Positions 1 to 9,415 of a DNA stretch of 64,000 nucleotides are shown here, one piece after another. The notes beneath the pieces are model-generated. The model saw only the letters and a list, made by a program, of their open reading frames with translations. It was not told where the DNA came from and did not search any database. Both the position numbers and the translations under genes were made by a program. Source of the DNA: an uncultured Methanosarcinales archaeon (GTDB lineage Archaea > Nanobdellota > Nanobdellia > Woesearchaeales > GW2011-AR9). Numbering within the stretch: position 1 is the stretch's first letter; each line of letters starts with the position of its first letter. The stretch lies in the NCBI GenBank assembly GCA_964362365.1, contig CAYIEF010000003.1, positions 79 to 64,078 on the forward strand. Direction: 5' to 3'.

Positions 1-92
1 ACAACGGCGTTAACGGTAACAACAATGTCAATAACAATGGTCGCTCAGTCGGAATAGTCACGCTTAGGGCTGGGACATTTTACATTAAATGA
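1..92 (+). CDS. 3' end of an ORF starting upstream of the window; its C-terminus is rich in Asn (AAY) codons and resembles a DGR template/variable repeat
   Basis: Frame 3 is open from position 3 to the TGA at 90-92 and encodes NGVNGNNNVNNNGRSVGIVTLRAGTFYIK. The nucleotide sequence is about 70 percent similar to the TR at 39442-39536. Confidence 0.45.
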   Translation, partial: NGVNGNNNVNNNGRSVGIVTLRAGTFYIK

Positions 93-257
93 AAAGAGCA
101 GAAATCCCCACTATTCCCTGGAAAATGCAACGACATTTTCGGGGTCCCGGAAGCTCACTTCCGCGGACATAGTGTGGGATGAATGCTGCGATTGATTTCG
201 CTACTTTTCATTCGGGAAATAAAGAAACTACTTTACATGAAATTAGGAACATGAAAA

Positions 258-308
258 CTGAAAAACTATCAGTTTTCAGTTCAGAAATGTGATAGTTTTC
301 ACATTTCT
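258..308. promoter_or_regulatory. Two adjacent palindromes upstream of the HTH-nucleotidyltransferase gene; putative operator sites
   Basis: CTGAAAAACT/AGTTTTCAG (258-279) and the perfect 10-bp inverted repeat AGAAATGTGA-N6-TCACATTTCT (283-308). They sit in the AT-rich leader just before the ORF at 539. Confidence 0.4.
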
Positions 309-538
309 TGAAACTACCTAATTTCAGTACCAAAATGAAGTCTTTGCTTCATTTTGTGTATTTCTGCACAGAAATCAAATCGTCGTTTGATTTCTTGTGT
401 TTCTTTTCAGGATTTTCTTTAATTAGTACATCAACGGGAGTTCAGTTCTATAGTTTGAGCGTTAGCGTTACTTTAAGAACAAGAATCCAGGGGACAATTT
501 CGTTCAAAAACGCAACATTTATATATTATTCATAATTA

Positions 539-1150
539 TTGAATGATTATTCACTTATATTGATAATGATACCGAAGAACACTGCAAGAGTAATTACGTA
601 TTTATTGAGAAATACTGGTGAATTTGGCTATAATATTAATCAGATCGCTAAACTGAATAAAATTAGTGTAGGCAGTGCATTCAAGATTCTTAAAGATCTA
701 GAGAAAGACAAAATCATTATAAAGAGGGAAATCAGCAATGCTTCTCATTATAAGCTAAACTTTGACAATTCCGAAACAATAAAGTTGTGTGAACTTCTTC
801 TTTTAGCTGAAAGGCGAAATCTTAAAGGTCATGCGAAGTTGTATGCTGATGAAGTTGTTAAATTCAAAGATGCTGAGATAATTATTATATTTGGCTCTGT
901 TCTGAAAGGAAAAGAGTTTAACGATGTTGATGTTCTCTTTCTAACCAATCAAACTAAAAAAGTAAACAATTTTTGTTTAGAAATATCTAAAGTTAGAACC
1001 AAACCAGTTGTTCCATTGATTATGAAGCAGGAAGATTTAATAAAAGCATTGAAAAACAAAAAAGAAGCCATCTTAGGTATGATGAAAGAAGGCATTGTGT
1101 TGAAGGGCGAATCAATATTTATGGAGGTAATCAAAAATGTCAATTCATAA
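539..1150 (+). CDS. winged-HTH plus nucleotidyltransferase (MNT-like) protein, partner of the downstream HEPN gene
   Basis: Motif GSVLKGKEFNDVDVLFL (the GS..D.D nucleotidyltransferase signature). N-terminal wHTH-like region. Overlaps the next gene by 14 nt. Confidence 0.7.
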   Translation: MNDYSLILIMIPKNTARVITYLLRNTGEFGYNINQIAKLNKISVGSAFKILKDLEKDKIIIKREISNASHYKLNFDNSETIKLCELLLLAERRNLKGHAKLYADEVVKFKDAEIIIIFGSVLKGKEFNDVDVLFLTNQTKKVNNFCLEISKVRTKPVVPLIMKQEDLIKALKNKKEAILGMMKEGIVLKGESIFMEVIKNVNS

Positions 1151-1613
1151 ACAAAAACTTGACTGGTGTTTGGCAAGAGAAACAAGAATGAAGAAAATTA
1201 AGCCAAATGACAAGTTATCAGAGGAGCATATCAATAAAGCAAAGCATAATCTTCGTGCCGCCGATTATAATATTAAAGGTGGTTTTAGTGATTGGGGCGT
1301 TTCACAATCTTACTATGCTATGTATCATTCTTTACTCGCAGTTCTCTTCAAACTCGGATATGAATCAAAAAATCACGAATGCACGATTAACGCTGTTGAA
1401 TATTTGATTGAAGAAGGTGAAATTGATCTTGATCGGAAAGATATTGCTTTTATCAGAACAACTGAACAAATGACCTCCAAAGATGCAAAATCACTCCGAG
1501 AAGAGTTTCAATATGGGACAGAAACCACTGTCAATGAAAAACTTTTGAAAGAGTTGTTGAAGAATGCTAAGAGAGTGGTTGAAAAAATTGAAATTGCGTT
1601 GAATGAATTATGA
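1137..1613 (+). CDS. HEPN domain protein (toxin-like partner of the nucleotidyltransferase)
   Basis: HEPN-like helical pattern (AADYNIKGGF..SQSYYAMYHSLLAVL). Operon overlap with the nucleotidyltransferase gene. Confidence 0.6.
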   Translation: MSIHKQKLDWCLARETRMKKIKPNDKLSEEHINKAKHNLRAADYNIKGGFSDWGVSQSYYAMYHSLLAVLFKLGYESKNHECTINAVEYLIEEGEIDLDRKDIAFIRTTEQMTSKDAKSLREEFQYGTETTVNEKLLKELLKNAKRVVEKIEIALNEL

Positions 1614-1767
1614 TTTCATAGAGAGAATTAGAAGAAAAATTTTATTATCGATGATTTTCACTTCTGTTCCTGTCACTTTAGCTTAGCAAAATTGACCTCT
1701 TGGCCTACTAACTAAATACGTACAAACCATAGATCTGTTTTAATAGTCTTATTAATTTCTTGATTTT

Positions 1768-2808
1768 ATGAACCATAAAATAATCTGTTTAATGATGGTA
1801 TCATTATTACTTATAACTTCCTGCACTCAACAAACTGGACAGACGTCTGGAACATCTCCAGCAGGAGAAACATTCGACGATAAATTTGTTGATCGTCCTA
1901 TGGAACCATCTGAAGAGGAAGGAATTCAAGTTACAGAAAAGGGCGTGAAGTATCTGGTTCATCCCAGCAAAATTATCGGTGGAGGCCCTCCGAAAGACGG
2001 CATTCCTGCTATTGATAATCCTAAATTTGTTTCTCTCCCAGAAGCAGATGAATGGATTGAAGATAATGAATTGGTGTTAGCAATTATTTACAAAGGAGTT
2101 AAACGAGTGTATCCTCTGCAAATTCTCGTCTGGCATGAAATTGTGAATGATAACATCGCCGGAGACCCGCTTTTAATCACCTACTGTCCTTTATGTGGTT
2201 CAGGCATTGCCTTTGAAAGAACCATCGAGATTAACGGAAAAAGAGAAGAAGTAGAATTTGGCACTTCAGGAAAATTGTATAACTCCAATTTAGTGATGTA
2301 CGACCGAAAAACTGATACCTATTGGACGCAAATAGATGGGCGCGCGATTGTGGGAGAGTTGGCTGGACAAGAATTGCATGAGCTTTCTATTGATACGGTG
2401 GTGTGGCGCGACTGGAAGAAAACACATCCAGATTCAGAGGTATTGAGCAAAGATACCGGACATAGCAGGCCGTATGGCGTAGATCCGTACGGAAGTTACT
2501 ATGAGAACAGCTTTGTATGGTTCCCGGTGGAAGCAGAAGATAAGAAAGTACATCCGAAAACGGTAATTTTCGGTATTGGAGTAAATGGCGCGCATAAAGC
2601 ATATAAAGAAGAAGATTTAGTCGAGAAAGGAACTATTATTGATGTGGTGAATGGTGTTAATGTGAAAATAGAACGAGATGAAGCGGGGATTGTGAAGATA
2701 ACTAACCTGGATACGGGAGTAGAAGTGGTGAAGGAAAGAGACTTTTGGTTTGCTTGGTACGCTTTTCATCCTAACACTTCTCTTTATGTGGCGGAGAAAA
2801 ATGGTTAA
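1768..2808 (+). CDS. DUF3179 family lipoprotein
   Basis: Signal peptide with lipobox-like LLITSC. The conserved ITYCPLCGSG motif is typical of DUF3179. Confidence 0.6.
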   Translation: MNHKIICLMMVSLLLITSCTQQTGQTSGTSPAGETFDDKFVDRPMEPSEEEGIQVTEKGVKYLVHPSKIIGGGPPKDGIPAIDNPKFVSLPEADEWIEDNELVLAIIYKGVKRVYPLQILVWHEIVNDNIAGDPLLITYCPLCGSGIAFERTIEINGKREEVEFGTSGKLYNSNLVMYDRKTDTYWTQIDGRAIVGELAGQELHELSIDTVVWRDWKKTHPDSEVLSKDTGHSRPYGVDPYGSYYENSFVWFPVEAEDKKVHPKTVIFGIGVNGAHKAYKEEDLVEKGTIIDVVNGVNVKIERDEAGIVKITNLDTGVEVVKERDFWFAWYAFHPNTSLYVAEKNG

Positions 2809-3097
2809 AGCAATTTTCAACGGAGAAGTTATTGCAGAAAGCGACAAGTGTATAGAAGTAGAAGGGAACCAATATTTTTCTCAAGATTCAGTGAAGAAAA
2901 AATTTTTAAAGAAAAGCGGCAACACTTACACCTGTTCTTGGAAAGGTGTCTGTGATTATTATGATGGTCAGAGAGCATTTATTAAGATTGAAGAGCCACG
3001 ATTATATAATGTTGTTGATGGAGAGTATGAACGGCATACCTTGAAATTAAGGGTGTCGGATGCAGGATTTTCTTTCCATGCTTTTACGTTTGGGTGA
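2801..3097 (+). CDS. DUF427 domain protein
   Basis: MVKAIFNGEVIAESD...YYDGQRAFI resembles DUF427. Overlaps the previous gene by 8 nt. Confidence 0.5.
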   Translation: MVKAIFNGEVIAESDKCIEVEGNQYFSQDSVKKKFLKKSGNTYTCSWKGVCDYYDGQRAFIKIEEPRLYNVVDGEYERHTLKLRVSDAGFSFHAFTFG

Positions 3098-3416
3098 TAT
3101 CTTCATTAATTTTAAATACTCACAGCTCTTACTCAGGGTTATGCCTTATTTGAAATTTGCTTCAGAAAAAGACGGCGAGAGAGCTTTGGACATTGAGACG
3201 AGATTAGCTGAAGAAAATAGCGGGAAAGTCCAAGGCCCGGTAGCAGTAATGCGTGATCCCCATTTTGGAAAAATCTATTTTTATTCTCAAGAGCCGTATC
3301 TTAAAGCTTTTGATAAAGAAGATCTCAAGTATCAGATAATTGAGAAAGGGCAAATTTCAGCGCCGTATGCAGAAGTTTTGCGTGAACTTCATCCGGATTT
3401 TTTAAACGAATTATAA
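3060..3416 (+). CDS. hypothetical protein (true start may lie downstream)
   Basis: ORF only. Confidence 0.3.
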   Translation: MQDFLSMLLRLGDIFINFKYSQLLLRVMPYLKFASEKDGERALDIETRLAEENSGKVQGPVAVMRDPHFGKIYFYSQEPYLKAFDKEDLKYQIIEKGQISAPYAEVLRELHPDFLNEL

Positions 3417-3473
3417 CCCTTTCTAGTCAGGAGATGCTTAAAATTTAAATATAATACTGCCTTTGAAGATAAA

Positions 3474-3869
3474 ATGGCAAATAAAAGAATAAAAGTAAGG
3501 GGAAATACACTGGGAAAAGTAGATTATGCTACAGTAGCTAAAGGGTTGGGAGCGGAAATAGTAGATATACCTGAACTATCTAAGCAAGAATCAGAAAAAT
3601 ATGAAGTATTAGGAGTGCCAGTGGTAATACCTGAACTAACTCCCGCCATTTCTTCCCAAGCTGCAAAGTCAACATTTTTAGGTTTTGTTAAGTATCACGG
3701 CTCTAAGATGCTTCAGCAAAATGGCAGTTCAATTGATGACGTTATTGGCTACCGCGTTCTGGACGCAGATGAAGAGCAGGAATTCAGGCAGCAATGCGCT
3801 AACGAAAGAAACGATCCCCGTTATCTTACTATGCCGGTAGTACGATATTATAAACAGAAAGAAGAGTAA
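3474..3869 (+). CDS. hypothetical protein
   Basis: ORF with an AT-rich leader. Confidence 0.4.
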   Translation: MANKRIKVRGNTLGKVDYATVAKGLGAEIVDIPELSKQESEKYEVLGVPVVIPELTPAISSQAAKSTFLGFVKYHGSKMLQQNGSSIDDVIGYRVLDADEEQEFRQQCANERNDPRYLTMPVVRYYKQKEE

Positions 3870-3899
3870 AATAATAACAACACTTCTTCAGTAAATTAT

Positions 3900-4115
3900 T
3901 CACTTAAATTTTCCTTTCTTTGAAAGCTCTTCCACTGCTTTGCTAAGTCTGGCAATGTTTTTATGGAAGTCCTTTTCCAGTTCTTGATATAATTTCACGC
4001 TTTGAGGCATTTTCTGCCGTTTTGCTTCCGGAAGGGCATGTTTCTTAACAAAATTCAACATCCTACTCATCTCATGAAGCAGCTTTACTTTATCATAGCA
4101 ATAATCTTTTAGCAT
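3900..4115 (-). CDS. hypothetical small protein
   Basis: ORF co-oriented with the glutaredoxin gene. Confidence 0.3.
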   Translation of the reverse strand: MLKDYCYDKVKLLHEMSRMLNFVKKHALPEAKRQKMPQSVKLYQELEKDFHKNIARLSKAVEELSKKGKFK

Positions 4116-4124
4116 ATTCTCACC

Positions 4125-4415
4125 TCATTTCTTCTTCAATGCTTTCTCGATCGCTTTCGGGTCGTAACCAACAATGATTTGATCGCCGATCTCCAGCACC
4201 GGGACGCCCATTTGTCCGGACTTTTCGATCATTCTTTTTCTTGCTTTTTCATCCGAAACAACATTATACTCAGTGTACTTAATCTTCTTCTCCTTCATCC
4301 ATTCCTTGGTTTTCTTGCACCAGGGACAGGTGGGAGTGGTATAGATTTTGACTGTGGCCATTTTTACACCTCCGTCTTGTGAGGGTAATTTCCCTTCGTT
4401 TATAATATTTTTCAA
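4125..4415 (-). CDS. glutaredoxin-like / NrdH-like thioredoxin-fold protein
   Basis: CPWC active-site motif in KIYTTPTCPWCKK. C-terminal GVPVLEIGDQIIVGYD. The start may be the internal Met at 4361. Confidence 0.7.
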   Translation of the reverse strand: MKNIINEGKLPSQDGGVKMATVKIYTTPTCPWCKKTKEWMKEKKIKYTEYNVVSDEKARKRMIEKSGQMGVPVLEIGDQIIVGYDPKAIEKALKKK

Positions 4416-4449
4416 AAACTTTATTAATCTTCTTCTTCAGAAATACTTC

Positions 4450-4902
4450 ATGGAGCATAAAATCAGGAAGAGACTTCTCAAGCTTCTTATTTTTATCAGC
4501 TTTCTGGGAGTTGCGACTTCTGCCTATTTGCTCTACAATCATTACCTCCCTGAATCGCAGAATGGATTATGCGTCAGCGCCAATGTTTTTTCCTGTTCCG
4601 TCGTCAATACCAGCAAATACGCAACTTTATTTGATCTGCCTGTAGCTTTATACGGCATAGTTTGGTTTGTTCTCTTGGGCTTGTTATCAGGAGGAGCTTT
4701 GAAGCAGCAGACGCATATACCTAAGCTCTTTTGGTGGAATGTTTCTGGTTTTGGGTTTGTAATTTACTTGCTAATAGCAGAATTTCTGCTGAAAACTATC
4801 TGTCTTTTATGTACTGGCGTCCATGCTTTGGCATTGGCAGCGTTCATAATTTCAACAAGTTTATATATTTCACAATCTAAGAAACTAAAAGAAGCGCTAT
4901 GA
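4450..4902 (+). CDS. vitamin K epoxide reductase (VKOR) family membrane protein
   Basis: Multi-TM protein with loop cysteines (CVSANVFSC) and a CLLC redox motif in the last TM. Divergent from the glutaredoxin gene. Confidence 0.55.
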   Translation: MEHKIRKRLLKLLIFISFLGVATSAYLLYNHYLPESQNGLCVSANVFSCSVVNTSKYATLFDLPVALYGIVWFVLLGLLSGGALKQQTHIPKLFWWNVSGFGFVIYLLIAEFLLKTICLLCTGVHALALAAFIISTSLYISQSKKLKEAL

Positions 4903-4911
4903 GGTGACGTA

Positions 4912-5016
4912 ATGGCTAAAAAGAAAGCAGCGGCAAAAAAAGGAGCAAAAAAGAAGGGAAAAAAATCTTCGAAAGAAAAAGTGAAGAAAGGCAAGAATGT
5001 CTGTGAATTTTGTTGA
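4912..5016 (+). CDS. small Lys-rich protein with C-terminal CEFC (below the ORF-track cutoff)
   Basis: ATG at 4912 preceded by GAGGTGA at 4900-4906. Encodes MAKKKAAAKKGAKKKGKKSSKEKVKKGKNVCEFC. Confidence 0.4.
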   Translation: MAKKKAAAKKGAKKKGKKSSKEKVKKGKNVCEFC

Positions 5017-5065
5017 GCAAACATTTATTAACTTTTTTATTTATCTTTAATTTAAAAGAGGCCTG

Positions 5066-5938
5066 ATGGTGACTATAAAACCTTTAAAGAAAATAACCGA
5101 CGTAAAGAGATTAAAACTTCTTGCCAATCAAATCAGGCAGGACCTCATCGAGGCCTTGGTTTCAGCAGGTTCAGGACACAGCGCCGGCCCTTTGGGAATG
5201 GCTGATGTTTTTACTGCATTATATTTTAATGTCCTTAAACACAATCCAAAATTTCCTTTCTGGGAAGAGCGCGACAGACTAGTTCTTTCCAACGGACACA
5301 TTTGTCCAGTTTTATATTCTACTATGGCTAATGTTGGATATTTTCCTCGAAAAGAATTGAAAACCTTGCGTCATTTCGGCACGCGTCTGCAGGGACATCC
5401 CCACCGAGCAGCTCTGCCGGGTTTGGAAACAACCTCCGGTCCATTAGGTTCTGGATTAAGCCAAGCAACTGGTATGGCCTATGCATTTCAGATGGACAAG
5501 AAAAAGAATAAAGTGTATTGCCTGATGAGCGACGGCGAGCAAGAAGCAGGACAGACCTGGGAAGCAGCTCTGTTTGCTGGGAAAAATAAATTGCATAATC
5601 TTGTCGGCATAATCGACAGAAATAATATCCAAATAGATGGGCATACTGAAGACATCATGCCTTTAGAACCATTAGCGGATAAATATCGTTCATTTAATTG
5701 GCACGTAATAGAAATTGACGCCAACAACATCAAAGCAGTCATTGATGCCTGTGACGAAGCAAGGACCATTTACGAAAAACCCACTGTTATCATTGCGCAC
5801 AACATTCCCGGAAAAGGAGTTTCCTTCATGGAAAATGATCATGAATGGCACGGCAAGCCGCCGACAGCGGAGCAGGCAAAGGTTGCACTTGCTGAATTGA
5901 AAGTGTGGCGGGAAAATATTATGAAGAATAGGGATTGA
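5066..5938 (+). CDS. tkt: transketolase, N-terminal (TPP-binding) subunit
   Basis: GHSAGPLGMADV, GHPH and TTSGPLGSG motifs. ATGA overlap with the C-terminal subunit gene, as in split archaeal transketolase. Confidence 0.9.
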   Translation: MVTIKPLKKITDVKRLKLLANQIRQDLIEALVSAGSGHSAGPLGMADVFTALYFNVLKHNPKFPFWEERDRLVLSNGHICPVLYSTMANVGYFPRKELKTLRHFGTRLQGHPHRAALPGLETTSGPLGSGLSQATGMAYAFQMDKKKNKVYCLMSDGEQEAGQTWEAALFAGKNKLHNLVGIIDRNNIQIDGHTEDIMPLEPLADKYRSFNWHVIEIDANNIKAVIDACDEARTIYEKPTVIIAHNIPGKGVSFMENDHEWHGKPPTAEQAKVALAELKVWRENIMKNRD

Positions 5939-6957
5939 AGATGGGAAAACTAAATCCAAACGCGCATCTGGTGGAAAATCTGTATGCAAATGACATCAAG
6001 AAAGTGAAAACCAGAGACGGCTATGGAAAGGGATTGGTAAAAGCTGGTGAAAAAAACAAAAATGTAGTTGTTCTTTGTGCCGACTTGTCTGAATCAACCC
6101 GCAGCGAATGGTTTCAGAAAAAATTTCCTGACAGGTTTGTGGAAATCGGCGTGGCCGAACAAAACATGGCTTCCCTGGCTTCCGGCATGGCCGCGGCTGG
6201 AAAGATTGCTTTTATTTCGTCGTATGCTGTCTTCAGTCCGGGAAGAAATAATGAGCAAATCAGAACTACAATCAGCTATAATAGTTGGGGCAGCAAACCG
6301 GGAAAAGAAATCAATGTCAAGATTGCCGGAGCGCATGCAGGCATTTCTGTCGGTCCCGATGGAGCAACGCATCAAGCATTGGAAGATGTGGGATTGATGC
6401 GCTTGCAGCCGGGCATGACAGTTATTGTTCCCTGCGATGATCAGGAATGTGAAAAAGCAACGGTAGCTGCCGCAGAAACTCCAGGGCCGGTCTATCTTCG
6501 TTTCGGCAGGGCAGATTATCCTTCCATTACCACGGACAGGACGCCTTTCCAAGTGGGGCGAATCGAAGAATTCCGCTCGGGAAAAGACTGCACTATTGTT
6601 GCCAATGGTCCTTTGGTTTACGAAGCATTGATCGCGGCTAAGAAATTGGAAAAAGAGATTGACTGCCAGGTGTTGAATTGTCATACCGTAAAGCCTTTAG
6701 ATGGGCGGACACTGCTTGCTGCGGTTAGGAAAACTGGCTGCGTGGTAACGGCAGAAGAGCATCAATGGCAGGGCGGTTTAGCCGGCGCAGTGGCAGAATT
6801 TTTAAGCGAGAATTATCCGGTTCCAATTAAAAGGGTAGGTGTTAAAGATAGGTTTGGCGAAAGCGGAAATCCAGATGAATTGTTCAAGGTGTTTGGCTTG
6901 ACGTCGGATGATATTGTCAAAGCGATAAGAGCTGCCGTGAGGATGAAAAAGAAGTGA
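5935..6957 (+). CDS. tkt: transketolase, C-terminal subunit
   Basis: Pyrimidine-binding and C-terminal domain similarity (GVAEQNMASLASGMAAAG). Confidence 0.9.
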   Translation: MKMGKLNPNAHLVENLYANDIKKVKTRDGYGKGLVKAGEKNKNVVVLCADLSESTRSEWFQKKFPDRFVEIGVAEQNMASLASGMAAAGKIAFISSYAVFSPGRNNEQIRTTISYNSWGSKPGKEINVKIAGAHAGISVGPDGATHQALEDVGLMRLQPGMTVIVPCDDQECEKATVAAAETPGPVYLRFGRADYPSITTDRTPFQVGRIEEFRSGKDCTIVANGPLVYEALIAAKKLEKEIDCQVLNCHTVKPLDGRTLLAAVRKTGCVVTAEEHQWQGGLAGAVAEFLSENYPVPIKRVGVKDRFGESGNPDELFKVFGLTSDDIVKAIRAAVRMKKK

Positions 6958-6963
6958 TGGAAC

Positions 6964-7137
6964 ATGACTAAGAAAGCTGCAAAATCAAGATTGCCGAAAA
7001 CACGCAAAGGTTTTTCCTGCATTAAATGCGGCTATGAGGCGTATAAATTAGCTGCTCTGTCTCATTGTCCTCTTTGTGTGATCTGCAAAGGATGTAAGCA
7101 GAAAGTTGGGAAGTGTAAGTGTAAGGAAGGAGAGTAA
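6964..7137 (+). CDS. small Cys-rich zinc-ribbon-like protein (57 aa)
   Basis: Encodes MTKKAAKSRLPKTRKGFSCIKCGYEAYKLAALSHCPLCVICKGCKQKVGKCKCKEGE. Multiple CxxC pairs. Confidence 0.4.
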   Translation: MTKKAAKSRLPKTRKGFSCIKCGYEAYKLAALSHCPLCVICKGCKQKVGKCKCKEGE

Positions 7138-7197
7138 AGTAAAATTTATATACTTCTTCTCTTAATTCTGGGCAATAATTTGTAGGCGTGAAACATC

Positions 7198-7296
7198 ATG
7201 GTCATGAAAGAATGTCCAGCTTGCGGGGAAGAAGTCGATAAGGATGATATTTGTCCTGACTGCAAGAAATGCGTAAGCTGCTGTGAATGTATCTAG
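7198..7296 (+). CDS. small Cys-rich protein (32 aa)
   Basis: Encodes MVMKECPACGEEVDKDDICPDCKKCVSCCECI. Tandem with the previous small gene. Confidence 0.35.
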   Translation: MVMKECPACGEEVDKDDICPDCKKCVSCCECI

Positions 7297-7391
7297 GTAG
7301 TTAAAAACTATTTCTGTTTTCTTTTTTTCTGGTTTTTGCCGGCTGATGAGATAATTAAGCCGTGGCATATAAGAAATAAAATAATTAGCGA

Positions 7392-7691
7392 TTAGCGAAA
7401 CAAGCCTAATCTGACGTTTAGGATATATTCCAGTCCGAGAACTTCTTCAGTGAAGCCTGATGCCTGTTTCGTTCCATCAAATAAAAATGCGATGCTGCCA
7501 GGATCAGCAGATTGGCTTAAGGACGGAATTGTTTCTGACGTGCCAAAACTTTTGTATTCGTATTTTAGAGCCAGCTCCAGCAGCTGGTAAATGTCTTTTG
7601 GCTCAGCCTTTCTGCTAAAATAGATGCTTACATAATATCCGCTTAAAAAATTTCCATTTGCACAGTCTGCCGGATTTGCCGAACCTTCCAT
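7392..7691 (-). CDS. hypothetical protein
   Basis: ORF only. Confidence 0.3.
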   Translation of the reverse strand: MEGSANPADCANGNFLSGYYVSIYFSRKAEPKDIYQLLELALKYEYKSFGTSETIPSLSQSADPGSIAFLFDGTKQASGFTEEVLGLEYILNVRLGLFR

Positions 7692-7807
7692 AAATCTACC
7701 TCCCTAAATTCTTAAAATAAATAATCTGCCTCTCCCTCTTCAAAGCAGCTTTCTTAGTTCTAAAAGTACCAAGCACTTTCTTTCCATCTTTAGTGTACAA
7801 GACCCGT

Positions 7808-8047
7808 TTATAACCCTCTTTTTTTATGACCATTTTTCTCCTCTAGGATGCTTTGAATCGTCCATTTGCCAGTTTTTTTCAATCGTGCGACAATAGCTTT
7901 CCCCTTCGCTCCTTTAGGAGCATCACGAACGGAGTGACTTGACTTTTTTCCTTTATAGGTGGTGTGGCTCAGTGGAACGGTACGAAAGCTTCCTTTGACA
8001 AACAAATTAGGATCTTTCAGGCGGTGGCGTTGGTATTTGCTAGTCAT
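7808..8047 (-). CDS. small highly basic protein, possibly ribosomal-protein-like or nucleic-acid-binding
   Basis: Lys/Arg-rich 79-aa ORF. A 46-aa minus-strand ORF (7693-7833) overlaps its 3' end. Confidence 0.3.
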   Translation of the reverse strand: MTSKYQRHRLKDPNLFVKGSFRTVPLSHTTYKGKKSSHSVRDAPKGAKGKAIVARLKKTGKWTIQSILEEKNGHKKRGL

Positions 8048-8050
8048 AAT

Positions 8051-9415
8051 TTACATCGGTACATTCAACGCTGCTCTTTGTACTACTTCCGATAACGCTG
8101 GATGCACGTGAACAGTATTCCGCAGCAAATCCAGAGCTTTATTCTTCCCAGCTTTCATGGCTACGCACACTTCATGCAGCAGCACTGATGCCTCAGGACC
8201 TATGATATGGCATCCGAGGATTTCTTTCGTTTTCTTATCGACAATAAATTTCACAAATCCGTGTTTCTCTGCCAGAGCGATTCCCTTTGCAGTTTGATGG
8301 TAATAGTATTTACTGGCAACATAATTTTTCTTCTGCTCCTGCGCTTCCTGTTCGGTTAACCCAACACCGGCAATCTGCGGAGAAGTGAAAATGGCATGAG
8401 GCATGGGATAGTAATCAACTGCTTTTTTCTTGGAGGCGATATTGTTCAAAGCGTAGTCCGCTTCTAAATTAGCGCTGTGTCTGAACAAATATATACCGGC
8501 AATATCTCCTAATGCCCAGATGTTTTTGACATTTGTTTCCATAAATTTGTTGACTTGAATAAAGCCGTTTTTGTTGTTTTTAACTCCAGTTTTTTCCACT
8601 TGAAGCGTATCAGAATTTGGTTTCACGCCGGTAGCAACCAGCAGTTTCTCTGCGGATATTTTTGTAGTAGAATTTCCTTGCTTTACGGTAACAGCAATAT
8701 TCTTACCTTGTTTTTCCACTTTCACGGCATCAGCATTAGTCAGAACAGTGTATCTTTTTTTCCAGAGTTCGGTAATGAGTGCAGCCACGTCTTTATCTTC
8801 CCGAGGAACTAAAAGGGCATTGCGCTGTATAATGGTAACCCTAGTTCCCAGTTCTGCATAGAAAAATCCCAACTCTGCTGCAATATAACCACCGCCGATG
8901 ATAATCATGCTTTTTGGCAAGACTGTTTGGCGCAGCGCTTCCGTGCTGGTCATATATGGCACTTTATCCAATCCTGGAATAGGCGGAATGAAAGGCCTTG
9001 CACCAGCAGCAATAAGAATTTTTGTTCCTTTTATTCGTTCGCCATTTACTTCTACAATATATTTGTCCACAAACTTTCCTCTGCCTTTGAATAAAACTGG
9101 ATTTTTTCCGGCGCGAACATTTTTCTCAATAGAACGCGCATCAGCGTCAACCGTATTGCTGGCTCTATCGGTTGTAAACTTGAAATTCACTTTTTTAAGA
9201 GATGCAGTAAGGCCAAATTCAGAAGCGCGATGAATCATCTCTGCCACTTCTGCCGACTGAATGATCATCTTAGAAGGAATGCAACCTCGGTTCAGGCAAG
9301 TTCCGCCCATGGGGCCTTCTTCCACCATGGCTACTTTCAATCCTTGTTCAGCTGCTCCCGAAGCAACATTTAATCCAGCGCCTGCTCCGATAACGATTAA
9401 GTCGAAGGTTTTCAT
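8051..9415 (-). CDS. lpdA: dihydrolipoyl dehydrogenase family (class I pyridine nucleotide-disulfide oxidoreductase)
   Basis: N-terminal FAD fold GAGAGLNVA. Redox-active [16 protein letters not shown]-binding [11 protein letters not shown]-terminal dimerisation domain. Confidence 0.8.
   Translation of the reverse strand: MKTFDLIVIGAGAGLNVASGAAEQGLKVAMVEEGPMGGTCLNRGCIPSKMIIQSAEVAEMIHRASEFGLTASLKKVNFKFTTDRASNTVDADARSIEKNVRAGKNPVLFKGRGKFVDKYIVEVNGERIKGTKILIAAGARPFIPPIPGLDKVPYMTSTEALRQTVLPKSMIIIGGGYIAAELGFFYAELGTRVTIIQRNALLVPREDKDVAALITELWKKRYTVLTNADAVKVEKQGKNIAVTVKQGNSTTKISAEKLLVATGVKPNSDTLQVEKTGVKNNKNGFIQVNKFMETNVKNIWALGDIAGIYLFRHSANLEADYALNNIASKKKAVDYYPMPHAIFTSPQIAGVGLTEQEAQEQKKNYVASKYYYHQTAKGIALAEKHGFVKFIVDKKTKEILGCHIIGPEASVLLHEVCVAMKAGKNKALDLLRNTVHVHPALSEVVQRAALNVPM

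Noticed and set aside
308-535. 75-aa ORF upstream of the nucleotidyltransferase gene
   Set aside because: Low-complexity. It overlaps the palindromic operator region and has no convincing start context. Likely spurious.
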